A model generated the notes under the pieces. That model did no database searches. It was not told where the DNA came from and saw only the letters and a program-made list of their open reading frames with translations. The position numbers and the translations under genes were made by a program. A stretch of DNA of 59,121 nt, counting the filler. It is 5 parts of 5 records of this genome, joined end to end, with 100 filler letters (N's around TTAATTAATTAA, not from the genome) between each part and the next. Parts side by side here need not be neighbours in the genome. Positions count along the whole stretch, not along the records: positions 1 to 15,214 come from SRR31156797_2611; 4 more parts are not named here. One strand, 5' to 3'. Below, in pieces: positions 1 to 8,766 of the stretch (position 1 is the first letter of the stretch; every line of letters starts with the position of its first letter).

Positions 1-2
1 CT

Positions 3-1217
3 AAGTCAGCATCCCAGCTTATCTTTGATAAAAACAAAAGCAGCCTTCTCAAGGCGATCCGTGATCACGGTCCCGTATCCAGGGTCGAGCTCTCCCAGTT
101 AACGGCTATCTCCGCTCCCACGGTGACCAGGCTTGTGAACAGCCTGATAGAGGACCGTCTGGTAAAGAATACGGGCATGGGGAACTCCAGCGGCGGACGC
201 CCCCCCGTGATCCTGGAGTTCGACGGCGACAGTTCCTATGTCATCGGCATCGACTGGGGCCTGACCCATATCAAGGGCATACTCTCCAACCTGGACGGCG
301 AGGTCCTGTTCGAGCGGGATATCCCCCAGGGGCTGAGCAGCAGCATCGAGGGTGACCTTGAGCGGGTAAAGGATCTTGTCAGAAAGCTGATAGGCAGCGC
401 CTATGTCCCAGCGGACAGGCTGAAGGGCATAGGGATAGCCGCGGCCGGCTATATCAATAAGCGCAGCGGCACCATCGAGTACTCTCCCGTTCAGAAGTGG
501 CACCGCATCAACATCAAGGATCCCCTGCAGGAGGAGTTCGGCGTCCCCGTGCATATCGATTATGTGTCCAGGGTGATGGCCCTGAGCGAACAGCTTTACG
601 GACTGGCCCGGGGCTATGACGACTTCATCTTCATCACCATAGACTACGGCATGGGCGCGGGGATCATCGTCAACGGGGCCCTGGTTCACGGGGACGACGG
701 GTATTCGGGGGAGTTCGGGCATACCCGCATCGTTCCCGGAGAGAAGTACGGCAGCCGCAGCTGTCTCTGCGGAAAACCGGACTGTCTGGCCGAATATGTC
801 TCCGGACGGGGCATCGCATTCTCCGCGGGGGAGCGCCGCGGCGAGATAGATCCCGTTCTGGCCGGGCTGGACGGGGCGGATGCGGACGGGCTTCAGACGG
901 AAATTACGGCCAAGCAGGTCAGCCTGGCCGCGGAGAAGGGGGATCCGGTCAGCCGGGAGATCCTTGCCGATGCGGCCCAGATGCTGGGCGTGGCCATAGC
1001 CAATATCTCCAACCTCTTGAATCCCAGAGCCGTTATCCTGGGGGGCAAGCTGATGCGCTCGGATTTTTATTTTGAGAATATCCGGGATGTGTTCGCCCGG
1101 AACACCCTGGTCGGGGTTCCCCGTGAGATCAAGGTCCTCCGCTCGGAGCTGCAGGACAAGACGGCTGTAAGGGGAGCGGTGGCCCTGGTGCTGGAAAAGA
1201 TCCTGACATTCGGTTGA
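3..1217 (+). CDS. ROK family transcriptional regulator (5'-partial)
   Basis: Frame is open from position 3 (KSASQLIFDKNKSSLLKAIRDHGPVSRVELSQLTAISAPTVTRLV, a winged HTH). It continues with GGRPP, GIDWG, GMGAG, GEFGH and the CLCGKPDCL zinc motif typical of ROK proteins. Confidence 0.93.
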   Translation, partial: KSASQLIFDKNKSSLLKAIRDHGPVSRVELSQLTAISAPTVTRLVNSLIEDRLVKNTGMGNSSGGRPPVILEFDGDSSYVIGIDWGLTHIKGILSNLDGEVLFERDIPQGLSSSIEGDLERVKDLVRKLIGSAYVPADRLKGIGIAAAGYINKRSGTIEYSPVQKWHRINIKDPLQEEFGVPVHIDYVSRVMALSEQLYGLARGYDDFIFITIDYGMGAGIIVNGALVHGDDGYSGEFGHTRIVPGEKYGSRSCLCGKPDCLAEYVSGRGIAFSAGERRGEIDPVLAGLDGADADGLQTEITAKQVSLAAEKGDPVSREILADAAQMLGVAIANISNLLNPRAVILGGKLMRSDFYFENIRDVFARNTLVGVPREIKVLRSELQDKTAVRGAVALVLEKILTFG

Positions 1218-1247
1218 ATCTTGCCTTTTTTAAGGCATAAAAAAAAG

Positions 1248-1276
1248 TTGACAAATCGGAAAACCGGCTACATAAT
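1248..1276 (+). promoter_or_regulatory. sigma70-type promoter for the tctCBA-sulfatase operon
   Basis: TTGACA (1248-1253), 17-nt spacer, CATAAT (1271-1276), located 130 nt upstream of tctC. Confidence 0.75.
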
Positions 1277-1323
1277 TCATCCATACAGCCTGAATGGATC
1301 TTTCCTAAATTGCTGTGAATTCT

Positions 1324-1343
1324 TTATTTCATGCATTAAATAA
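1324..1343. promoter_or_regulatory. candidate ROK operator palindrome
   Basis: TTATTT-catgcatt-AAATAA downstream of the promoter. It resembles AT-rich NagC/ROK-type operators and a ROK gene is adjacent. Confidence 0.5.
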
Positions 1344-1405
1344 GTGGTTTTCAGGCTGTATCAACTTCATCCGGAAGATCCGGATACGACAAAAGGAGTC
1401 ATTTA

Positions 1406-2335
1406 ATGAAAAAAGCATTGGTAGCACTTGTAGCGTTCCTGATGGGAATGTCCCTGTATGCTAACGGAACCGCCGACGGCGGAGCCGACTTCCCTTCGAA
1501 AGCCATTGAACTGAATATGTCCTGGCCTCCCGGAGGCAGCTCGGATACCCAGGCCCGGGTCCTGATCGAGAACGCCAAAGAGGTCTTCGGCTATCCCGTG
1601 GTCATCGTTGACAAGTCGGGCGCGGCCGGAACCAAGAGCGTGATGGCCACCAAGGTGGCCAAACCAGACGGCTATACGGTAATGTGGGCGGCCGGCGGTC
1701 AGTTCACCCTGACCCCCCAGAATATCGACGTGGACTACTCCATCGACGACTTCAAGACCGTGATGGGCGTTTCCCTCGAGCACTGCCTTGTGGTCACCTC
1801 CAAGGACTCTGGGATCGAGACTCTGGACGATCTGAAAAAGCTGGACACTGTCACCTACGGTTCCCCCGGAGCCAGCTCTGGTCCCGCCGCCGCCATAGGC
1901 ATGCTTCTGGACAAGATGGGGGTCAAGTACGATCATGTCCCCTTTGCCGGCTCCAACGAGTCCAGCGCCGCCGCTCTGGGAGGCCATGTGACCATCTCCG
2001 ACTCCAGGACTCCCCTTGTGGAGAGCATGAAAGACCTGAGAGTGCTTTGTATCCTCAGCAACGAGCGCTCCCCCCTTCTGCCCGGTATCCCCACTGCGAA
2101 AGAGCTGGGCTACGACGTGGTCCTGGAGTCCTACAACGGCCTCTATGTTCCCAAGGATACGCCTGACGAGGTCGTCGACGCCCTGGCCGCCGGATTCGGA
2201 AAGATGCAGGAGCGCTCCGCGTTCCAGGACTTCGCCACGAACTCCAAGATCGATGTCTTTGTCGCCGACAAGGTCTCCCTTGAGAAGAAGGTGAAAACCG
2301 ACGCCGCCTTCTTCGAGGCCTATTTCAACAACTGA
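1406..2335 (+). CDS. tctC: tripartite tricarboxylate transporter substrate-binding protein (TctC/Bug)
   Basis: Signal peptide; FPSKAIEL..WPPGGSSD, KPDGYT, HVPFAG, LPGIPTAKELG motifs; followed by tctB/tctA-like genes. Confidence 0.92.
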   Translation: MKKALVALVAFLMGMSLYANGTADGGADFPSKAIELNMSWPPGGSSDTQARVLIENAKEVFGYPVVIVDKSGAAGTKSVMATKVAKPDGYTVMWAAGGQFTLTPQNIDVDYSIDDFKTVMGVSLEHCLVVTSKDSGIETLDDLKKLDTVTYGSPGASSGPAAAIGMLLDKMGVKYDHVPFAGSNESSAAALGGHVTISDSRTPLVESMKDLRVLCILSNERSPLLPGIPTAKELGYDVVLESYNGLYVPKDTPDEVVDALAAGFGKMQERSAFQDFATNSKIDVFVADKVSLEKKVKTDAAFFEAYFNN

Positions 2336-2351
2336 GCCTAAGCTGAAACCG

Positions 2352-2389
2352 CCGCCTCCCCGGCTGATGCGATACAGGAGGGGAGGCGG
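2352..2389 (+). terminator. intercistronic stem-loop after tctC
   Basis: CCGCCTCCCC (2352-2361) pairs with GGGGAGGCGG (2380-2389). There is no U-tract, so it is more likely an mRNA-stabilising hairpin than a terminator. Confidence 0.45.
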
Positions 2390-2404
2390 TTCGGGGGGTA
2401 TTAT

Positions 2405-2881
2405 ATGAAAACGTCTATTGAAAAAATTATCACCGGCTGTGTCATCCTGGTCCTCAGTCTGCTCATGCATCACATGGCGTCCGCACAGATCAAAGAGGCC
2501 TCCCTGGCGGGGGTGTCCCCCCGGGCCGTACCCTTTCTCGTGGCCAGATGCATACTCTTCCTTTCCCTGGTTATGATCGCCCAGGGAACGGGTCGTTTTT
2601 TTCTCGAGAAGAGAGGGGGAAGCGGGACCATGTCCCGGGTCCGGTATCAGGCCTTTCCCTTCCTGCTCTTCGCCCTGATCGTCCTTTACACCCTGGTGAT
2701 GAACTATGCCGGCTACATCATCGCCTCCTTCACGGTGCTGCCCCTGATGATGTATGTCCTGCATGTCAGGGAGGTGAAGAACTATCTTATACTGACCGGC
2801 CTTGTGATCTTTGTCTTCATCGTTATCGATGTCCTGTTGAAGATCCGACTGCCCAAGATCGGAATCCTGGGCGTTATTTAA
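2405..2881 (+). CDS. tctB: tripartite tricarboxylate transporter small permease TctB
   Basis: 158-aa hydrophobic protein with SPRAVP and a C-terminal LKIRLP motif, between tctC and tctA. Confidence 0.85.
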   Translation: MKTSIEKIITGCVILVLSLLMHHMASAQIKEASLAGVSPRAVPFLVARCILFLSLVMIAQGTGRFFLEKRGGSGTMSRVRYQAFPFLLFALIVLYTLVMNYAGYIIASFTVLPLMMYVLHVREVKNYLILTGLVIFVFIVIDVLLKIRLPKIGILGVI

Positions 2882-2893
2882 GGAAGAGATTTT

Positions 2894-4438
2894 ATGTTAA
2901 GCAATATACTGAGCGGGCTCATGGGGCTTCTTTCCCTCAAGGTCTTTCTGATGATGAATATAGGCATATTCGCCGGTCTGGTCTTCGGCTCCATTCCGGG
3001 GCTGACCGTGCTGATGTGCATCGTCCTGCTGCTCCCCCTGACCTTCGGGATGCAGCCCATCCTGGGGATGGTTCTCCTTCTGGGAGCCTACTGCGCCGGA
3101 AACTACGCCGGCTCCATCACGGCCATCCTGATCAATACCCCCGGAACCCCCGCCGCCGCGGCGACCACCATCGAGGGCTATCAGCTGACCAAGAAGGGCA
3201 AGGCCGTCAAGGCCCTGAATATGGCCCTCATCTCATCGGTGACAGCCGGACTGATCAGCACGGTTGTGCTCCTGGTGGTGGCCCCCCTGATCGCACAGAT
3301 CGCCGTCGAGTTCGGGCCTGCCGAGTTCTTCGCCCTGGCCGTATTCGGTCTGAGCATCATCGTCTCGGTCTGCAGCCATAACCTGGTGAAGGGGATGGTG
3401 GCCGGGCTGATCGGCGTTTACGTCAGCATGATCGGCATCGATCCCATTATGGGAACGCCCCGCCTGGCCTTCGGGAACTACAACCTCATGTCCGGGATCA
3501 ACCTGGTCCCCGCCCTGGTGGGCGTCTTCTCCGTATCCGAGATGCTCAACCTCAGCGAAGGCTTCGTCAAGAAATGGCGGGAAAAACAAAAGGAAAAGAT
3601 CTCGGTGACCGAGGCTATGAGCGGCGAGGGGCTGACCCGGGAGGATCTCAGGGGATCCATGAAGACCATCATCAAGTCCTCCCTGATCGGCACCTTCGTG
3701 GGAGCGGTTCCGGGAACGGGGGCCATCCTCTCCAGCTTTATGAGCTATAACGAGGCCAAGCGGAGCAGCAAACACCCCGAGGAGTTCGGAAAGGGCACCC
3801 TGGAGGGCGTGGCCGCCACCGAGGCGGGGAACAACGGGATCACCGGCGCCACCCTGATCCCCATGATGACCCTGGGAATCCCCGGGGACGTGGTCACCGC
3901 CGTTATGATGGGGGCCCTGATCATGCACGGCCTGCCCGTGGGGCCGGCGCTTTTCACCAAGCACGCGGGGGTGACCTACGGAATCATCATGAGCCTGTTT
4001 TTCATCAACATCCTGATGTTCTTCCAGGCCAAGGCCTATATCAAGTTCTTCGTGAAGATCGTCAACATCAACAAGGAGTTCTTCACGGTCATCCTGCTGA
4101 TCTTCTGCGTTGTGGGCGCCTTCGCCGTGAACAGCACCATGTTCGATGTCTTCGTCATGCTGATCTTCGGGATCGTCGGCTACATCATGCAGAAGTATGA
4201 CTTCCCTCTGATCCCCCTGGTGCTGGCTCTCGTTCTGGGCCCCCTGGCGGAGACCAGCCTGAGGCAGGCGCTGATCATCTCCAAGGGAAGCCCTTCCATC
4301 TTCTTTGTGAAGCCGATTTCCGCGGTCTTTCTGGGGCTGTCGGCAATCTCCCTGATGGTCAGTCTCTATCAGTCCCGGAAGATCGAGGACTCGGAACCGG
4401 CAAGCGACCCGGCACCGGAGATAAGAGCGGAAAACTAA
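2894..4438 (+). CDS. tctA: tripartite tricarboxylate transporter large permease TctA
   Basis: GSIPGL, AILINTPGTPAAAAT, GAVPGTGA, EAGNN and TLGIPGD TctA signatures. Confidence 0.95.
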   Translation: MLSNILSGLMGLLSLKVFLMMNIGIFAGLVFGSIPGLTVLMCIVLLLPLTFGMQPILGMVLLLGAYCAGNYAGSITAILINTPGTPAAAATTIEGYQLTKKGKAVKALNMALISSVTAGLISTVVLLVVAPLIAQIAVEFGPAEFFALAVFGLSIIVSVCSHNLVKGMVAGLIGVYVSMIGIDPIMGTPRLAFGNYNLMSGINLVPALVGVFSVSEMLNLSEGFVKKWREKQKEKISVTEAMSGEGLTREDLRGSMKTIIKSSLIGTFVGAVPGTGAILSSFMSYNEAKRSSKHPEEFGKGTLEGVAATEAGNNGITGATLIPMMTLGIPGDVVTAVMMGALIMHGLPVGPALFTKHAGVTYGIIMSLFFINILMFFQAKAYIKFFVKIVNINKEFFTVILLIFCVVGAFAVNSTMFDVFVMLIFGIVGYIMQKYDFPLIPLVLALVLGPLAETSLRQALIISKGSPSIFFVKPISAVFLGLSAISLMVSLYQSRKIEDSEPASDPAPEIRAEN

Positions 4439-4468
4439 AGAAAGCAATCCAATAAGGAACTGAAGACC

Positions 4469-5866
4469 ATGAAAAAACCGAATATCCTCTTTCTTCTGAC
4501 AGACGATCAGAGATTCGACACCATAGCCGCCCTCGGTAACAGAGAGGTTTCAACCCCGCATATGGACGCCCTTGTGCGCGGGGGAGTCTCATTCACCAAT
4601 GCCCACATCCCGGGAGGGACATGCGGGGCCGTCTGCATGCCCAGCCGGGCCATGATACATTCGGGTAGGACCCTCTTTCACCTGAATGACAACGGCAGTT
4701 CCATACCCGAAGAACACAGCCTGCTGGGGGAGGAGCTGCAGAGGGCCGGATACAACTGCTGCGGCATCGGCAAGTGGCATAACTCGCCCCGCTCCTTCGC
4801 CAGGAGCTTTAACAGCGGAGGGGAGATCTTCTTCGGAGGGATGTGGGACCACTGGAACGTTCCGGCCTGCGACTATGACCCCGATGGAAAGTACGACTAC
4901 GCGGTCCCCTATGTCTCAGACCCCTTCCACTCCCGGGAGGTCACCGAGGTGGTGAGCGACCATATCAGCCCGGGCAGGCACTCAAGCACCCTGTTCTCCG
5001 ACTTCGCCACCGACTGGCTGAAAAACTACAAGGACGAGAAGCCCTTCTTCCTTTATACCGCCTTTATGGCCCCCCATGATCCCCGGACCATGCCCGAGGA
5101 GTTTCTGAGGATGTACGATCCGGAGACGTTGGAGCTTCCTCCCAACTTCCAGTCCGAGCACCTGTTCGATTACGGCATCCGGGACGTCAGGGATGAGGTG
5201 CTGGCTCCCTATCCCCGGACCGAGGCCGAGGTCCGGCAGCATCTGGCGGAGTACTACGGCATGATCAGCCACCTGGACTACGAGATCGGCCGGATCATCG
5301 ACGCCCTCAAGGAGACGGGTGAGTATGAGAACACCGTCATCGTCCTGGCGGGGGACAACGGTCTGGCCCTGGGGCAGCACGGCCTGTTCGGCAAGCAGAG
5401 CGCCTACGAGCACAGCGTGCGGGTACCCCTGATCTTTTCCGGGCCCCGCATCAAGGGTGACCGGCGGGATCACAGGCCCTGCTATCTGCTGGATATCGGA
5501 CCCACCCTGTTGGATCTTCTGGAGCTTTCCCCGCAGGAGGGCGCTGAGGGAATCAGCCTGAAGGCGGCCCTGACAGGGGAAGGGGAGGACAGTGTCCGCG
5601 ACACCCTCTACTTCGTCTATGCCGATCTGCTGCGGGCGGTCAAGGAGGACGGATTCAAGCTTGTGGAGTACGCCTCCGCTCACGGCCGGCGCACCCAGCT
5701 CTTCTGTCTGGAAGAGGACCCCTTCGAAACCACCGATCTCTCCCGGCATCCCTCATACGCTCCCGTCCTCGAGGGGCTGCGCGAGACCCTTCTGGAGCAG
5801 AGGGATCTCTGGGATGACAAAGACGATGAGGTGAGTACCAGGTTCTGGGATTGCTATTCCGGCTGA
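4469..5866 (+). CDS. formylglycine-dependent sulfatase (Cys-type)
   Basis: PNILFLLTDDQR, CMPSR (CxPxR), GKWH, PHDP, DNG..GQHGLFGK; no signal peptide. Confidence 0.93.
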   Translation: MKKPNILFLLTDDQRFDTIAALGNREVSTPHMDALVRGGVSFTNAHIPGGTCGAVCMPSRAMIHSGRTLFHLNDNGSSIPEEHSLLGEELQRAGYNCCGIGKWHNSPRSFARSFNSGGEIFFGGMWDHWNVPACDYDPDGKYDYAVPYVSDPFHSREVTEVVSDHISPGRHSSTLFSDFATDWLKNYKDEKPFFLYTAFMAPHDPRTMPEEFLRMYDPETLELPPNFQSEHLFDYGIRDVRDEVLAPYPRTEAEVRQHLAEYYGMISHLDYEIGRIIDALKETGEYENTVIVLAGDNGLALGQHGLFGKQSAYEHSVRVPLIFSGPRIKGDRRDHRPCYLLDIGPTLLDLLELSPQEGAEGISLKAALTGEGEDSVRDTLYFVYADLLRAVKEDGFKLVEYASAHGRRTQLFCLEEDPFETTDLSRHPSYAPVLEGLRETLLEQRDLWDDKDDEVSTRFWDCYSG

Positions 5867-5908
5867 TGCTTAGGCTTAGCAGGCCAGGCTGTTTTACCTG
5901 ATATCTAT

Positions 5909-5940
5909 CGTCCCCGCCGGAACTGGCTTCCGGCGGGACG
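5909..5940. terminator. hairpin between convergent operons (probable bidirectional terminator)
   Basis: CCCGCCGGAA (5913-5922) / TTCCGGCGGG (5928-5937) between the stops at 5866 and 5951. Confidence 0.6.
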
Positions 5941-5950
5941 AGAATCTCCT

Positions 5951-6802
5951 TCAGTCAATCATGCTGATGATCTTATCCACCGCCGGCTTGTTGGAAAGGC
6001 AGGATAGTTCCGGGCAGCTCTTGTAGTTGGGCAGCATCTCCAGGGTAAGGAACCCATCGTAGGCTATCTCCCTAAGCGCCTGTGAAACGGCCTGGAAGTC
6101 AACATCCCCGGCGAAGAGGTCTACGAAAGCCCCCAGGCCCGTTTGGGATCTCCGGAAGTCGGAAAGGTGAATCCCCACTATGCGCCTGCCCAGGATCCGG
6201 ATCCAGTCCTCCGGATAGCCCGTATACAGGGCATTGCCCGTATCGAAGTAGACCCCCACATAGGGGTTGGATATGGTATCGATAAGCGCCCTGAGCTCCA
6301 GAGGGGAAAGGAGGAACTTGTTCCAAACATTTTCGATCCCTATGCGGACCTTCAGGGACCGCGCCTGCTCGCCCAGGCGGGAAAAGGCGTCCAGACAGCG
6401 TTCATAGGCCGCTTCATAGCCGACGACCGGGCTGTCCTGAATGAAGTCGCAGCCCACGTATCCGGGCACCATCAGGGTTTTGTCGGCGCCCAGTACCGCC
6501 GCGGCCTCCAGCTGCCGCTGAAGTATGGCAAAGGCCTCGGCCCTCACTCCTTCGTCGTCGCTGAGAAGGTTTTTCTCCCATATGGACCAGACACCCAGGG
6601 AATGGATCTCCAGTCCCCGATCCCGGGCCCCCTCCATCAGGAGCCGGAGCTCCTTCTCTGTTGTGGAAGGGGTCAGGGCCCCGCGGCTCCCCATCACCAG
6701 TTCCACGCCCTCGTATCCGGCGGCCGCGATCTGGTCGAAGGCCCAGTAGGGATCGGCCTCTTCTGAAAAGGAAAACAGGCTGTAAGCGGACTTCAGTTTC
6801 AT
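5951..6802 (-). CDS. sugar phosphate isomerase/epimerase, xylose-isomerase-like TIM barrel
   Basis: GYEGVEL, IENVWNKFLLSP, YFDTGN, IHLSD, GDVDF, LTLEM metal-ligand motifs. Confidence 0.9.
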   Translation of the reverse strand: MKLKSAYSLFSFSEEADPYWAFDQIAAAGYEGVELVMGSRGALTPSTTEKELRLLMEGARDRGLEIHSLGVWSIWEKNLLSDDEGVRAEAFAILQRQLEAAAVLGADKTLMVPGYVGCDFIQDSPVVGYEAAYERCLDAFSRLGEQARSLKVRIGIENVWNKFLLSPLELRALIDTISNPYVGVYFDTGNALYTGYPEDWIRILGRRIVGIHLSDFRRSQTGLGAFVDLFAGDVDFQAVSQALREIAYDGFLTLEMLPNYKSCPELSCLSNKPAVDKIISMID

Positions 6803-7809
6803 AGGTTCACCACCTTTCCTGTCTCCAGGGACTCTTTTATCGCAAGAAGCACCTCGAAGACCCTTTGGATGCTCTCAGCCGAGAGCATCTTGAGGGGCCT
6901 GTTCTTCCTTACGCAGTCCGTAAAGTAGGCCAGTTCCTCCCTGTACGCATCGCTAACGGGTATGTCCAGGATACGCGGGGGGCCGTCGCTTCCGTATGCA
7001 ACCGTCTGCCTGAGGGCCGCATCCACGTCTTCAAGGTTGACCCCGGCGCTCATCCTGTACTCAACCGCTTTCCGGTCTCCGCATATCCGGAGGAGGGTTG
7101 AAAGAGGGTAGGTAGGGGGCATGTCCAGACTGCTTTCCGATACGGCGCGTACCCCGTTTCTGAAGCGGAGGGCGCTGCTCACATGGTTCCAGCTTCCCAT
7201 TTCGTTCTGAGTCCCCTGGGCATAGACGGAATCCACATCGCCGAAGGTATGGCAGAGGTAATCCAGGTCGTGAAGGTGAAGATCGAAGAGGGCGCCGCCG
7301 CTGAGCTCGGGATCGGCGTACCATTCGCTCCATACGGGATGGGTCGCCAGGCGGGAGGCATAGGCCGTCTTTACGGTTCCCAGTTCCCCCCTTTCCACCA
7401 TCCGGGCCAGCGCCCTGTTTTCGGACCAGAAGCGGACGACCTGGGCTACGGCGAAGCGAACGCCCGCCTCTTCGACTGCCCCCAGCATCCTGTCCAGAGA
7501 GTCCCGGGACAGGGTGACCGGTTTCTCACAGAAGATGTGCTTTTTCTCCTCCGCCGCCCGAATCACATAGGGTTCATGGAGGAAGGTGGGAAGACAGATA
7601 TCCACGGCATCGGCCACATCGTCCCTGAGCATGGCCTCGTAGTCATCATACCAGGGGATGCCGTATTTTGCGGCGAAGGCCGCGCCTTTCTCCGGGTTTC
7701 TGGAGACCACGGCCGTCAGCCGCGCTCCCTCGACTCCCCCGGCGCCGGAGAAACACTCCGCATGGGTCTCTCCCATAAATCCGGTACCGATAATTGCAAA
7801 TCGCAGCAT
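6799..7809 (-). CDS. Gfo/Idh/MocA family NAD(P)-dependent oxidoreductase
   Basis: IIGTGFMG Rossmann motif, HIFCEKP, GGALFDLHLHDLD. Confidence 0.93.
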   Translation of the reverse strand: MLRFAIIGTGFMGETHAECFSGAGGVEGARLTAVVSRNPEKGAAFAAKYGIPWYDDYEAMLRDDVADAVDICLPTFLHEPYVIRAAEEKKHIFCEKPVTLSRDSLDRMLGAVEEAGVRFAVAQVVRFWSENRALARMVERGELGTVKTAYASRLATHPVWSEWYADPELSGGALFDLHLHDLDYLCHTFGDVDSVYAQGTQNEMGSWNHVSSALRFRNGVRAVSESSLDMPPTYPLSTLLRICGDRKAVEYRMSAGVNLEDVDAALRQTVAYGSDGPPRILDIPVSDAYREELAYFTDCVRKNRPLKMLSAESIQRVFEVLLAIKESLETGKVVNL

Positions 7810-7818
7810 AATCCCTTC

Positions 7819-8766
7819 CTAGTTTCTCTTTCTGATATTGTCGATGTTGCTCAGGACAACCGCGGAGACGATGATCATCCCGGTCACGATGGTCTGGGTG
7901 TAGGAGGGGACCTGCAGGATATTCATGGCGTTGCTGATCACCCCCATAAGAAGGCAGCCGAGGAAGGCTCCCTGAACGGTTCCCCGTCCCCCCTCGAACG
8001 TGACTCCGCCGATGATGGCCGCCGTCAGGGCCTTGGTCTCGTAGCCGGTGCCTCCGTTTGCCGTGATGGAGTCGATCCGCGCGGCGAAGACCAGGCCGGC
8101 GATGGCGCAGAACAGTCCCGCCAGGGCGTAGACGATGATCTTGTAGCGCTCTACGGCGATGCCCGAGAGGAAGGCGTTCTTCTCATTGCCTCCGATCGCG
8201 ACGATGCGGCGGCCGAACTTGGTCATGTTCAACAGGAAGTAGGCCAGCAGGATCATCGCCGTAAGAACCAGCAGCATGGTGGGGAAAATATCAAACAGCC
8301 TGTATTTTAATCCGTTCAGTTCGCCTTTGAAGCTCATGATCCTCCCCTCAGAGATGGTCAGGGACAGGCCGTAGAACACCAGGCTCGTTCCGAGGGTGAT
8401 GATCAGAGGGATGCAGCGACTCTTGGCGATGATGATACCGTTGACCATGCCGCAGATCAGTCCCGCCCCGAGGCCTGCAGCGACGGCGGCCGGGAGGCCT
8501 CCCCCGGTGAGTATCACCTTGCTCACGATGATGCCGCTGAGTATCATGATGTTCCCGATGGACAGATCGATTCCGCCGGATATGAGCAGGAGGCTCATGG
8601 CCATGGTCAGGATACCCAGGACGGAGATCTGCTGGAGAATGGTGACTATGTTTTTCAGGGCTATGAAACGGGGATTGATCACCGAGATCACCCCTATGAT
8701 CAGAAGGATGACCAGGGCCAGCATCACCCGCTGATCCCTGAGGACTCTTAGTTTGCTATCTGCCAT
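7819..8766 (-). CDS. monosaccharide ABC transporter permease (RbsC-like)
   Basis: GGIDLSIG, TKFGRRIVAIGGNEKNAFLSGI, IIGGVTFEGGRG; start placed at MADSKL (8766). Confidence 0.92.
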   Translation of the reverse strand: MADSKLRVLRDQRVMLALVILLIIGVISVINPRFIALKNIVTILQQISVLGILTMAMSLLLISGGIDLSIGNIMILSGIIVSKVILTGGGLPAAVAAGLGAGLICGMVNGIIIAKSRCIPLIITLGTSLVFYGLSLTISEGRIMSFKGELNGLKYRLFDIFPTMLLVLTAMILLAYFLLNMTKFGRRIVAIGGNEKNAFLSGIAVERYKIIVYALAGLFCAIAGLVFAARIDSITANGGTGYETKALTAAIIGGVTFEGGRGTVQGAFLGCLLMGVISNAMNILQVPSYTQTIVTGMIIVSAVVLSNIDNIRKRN

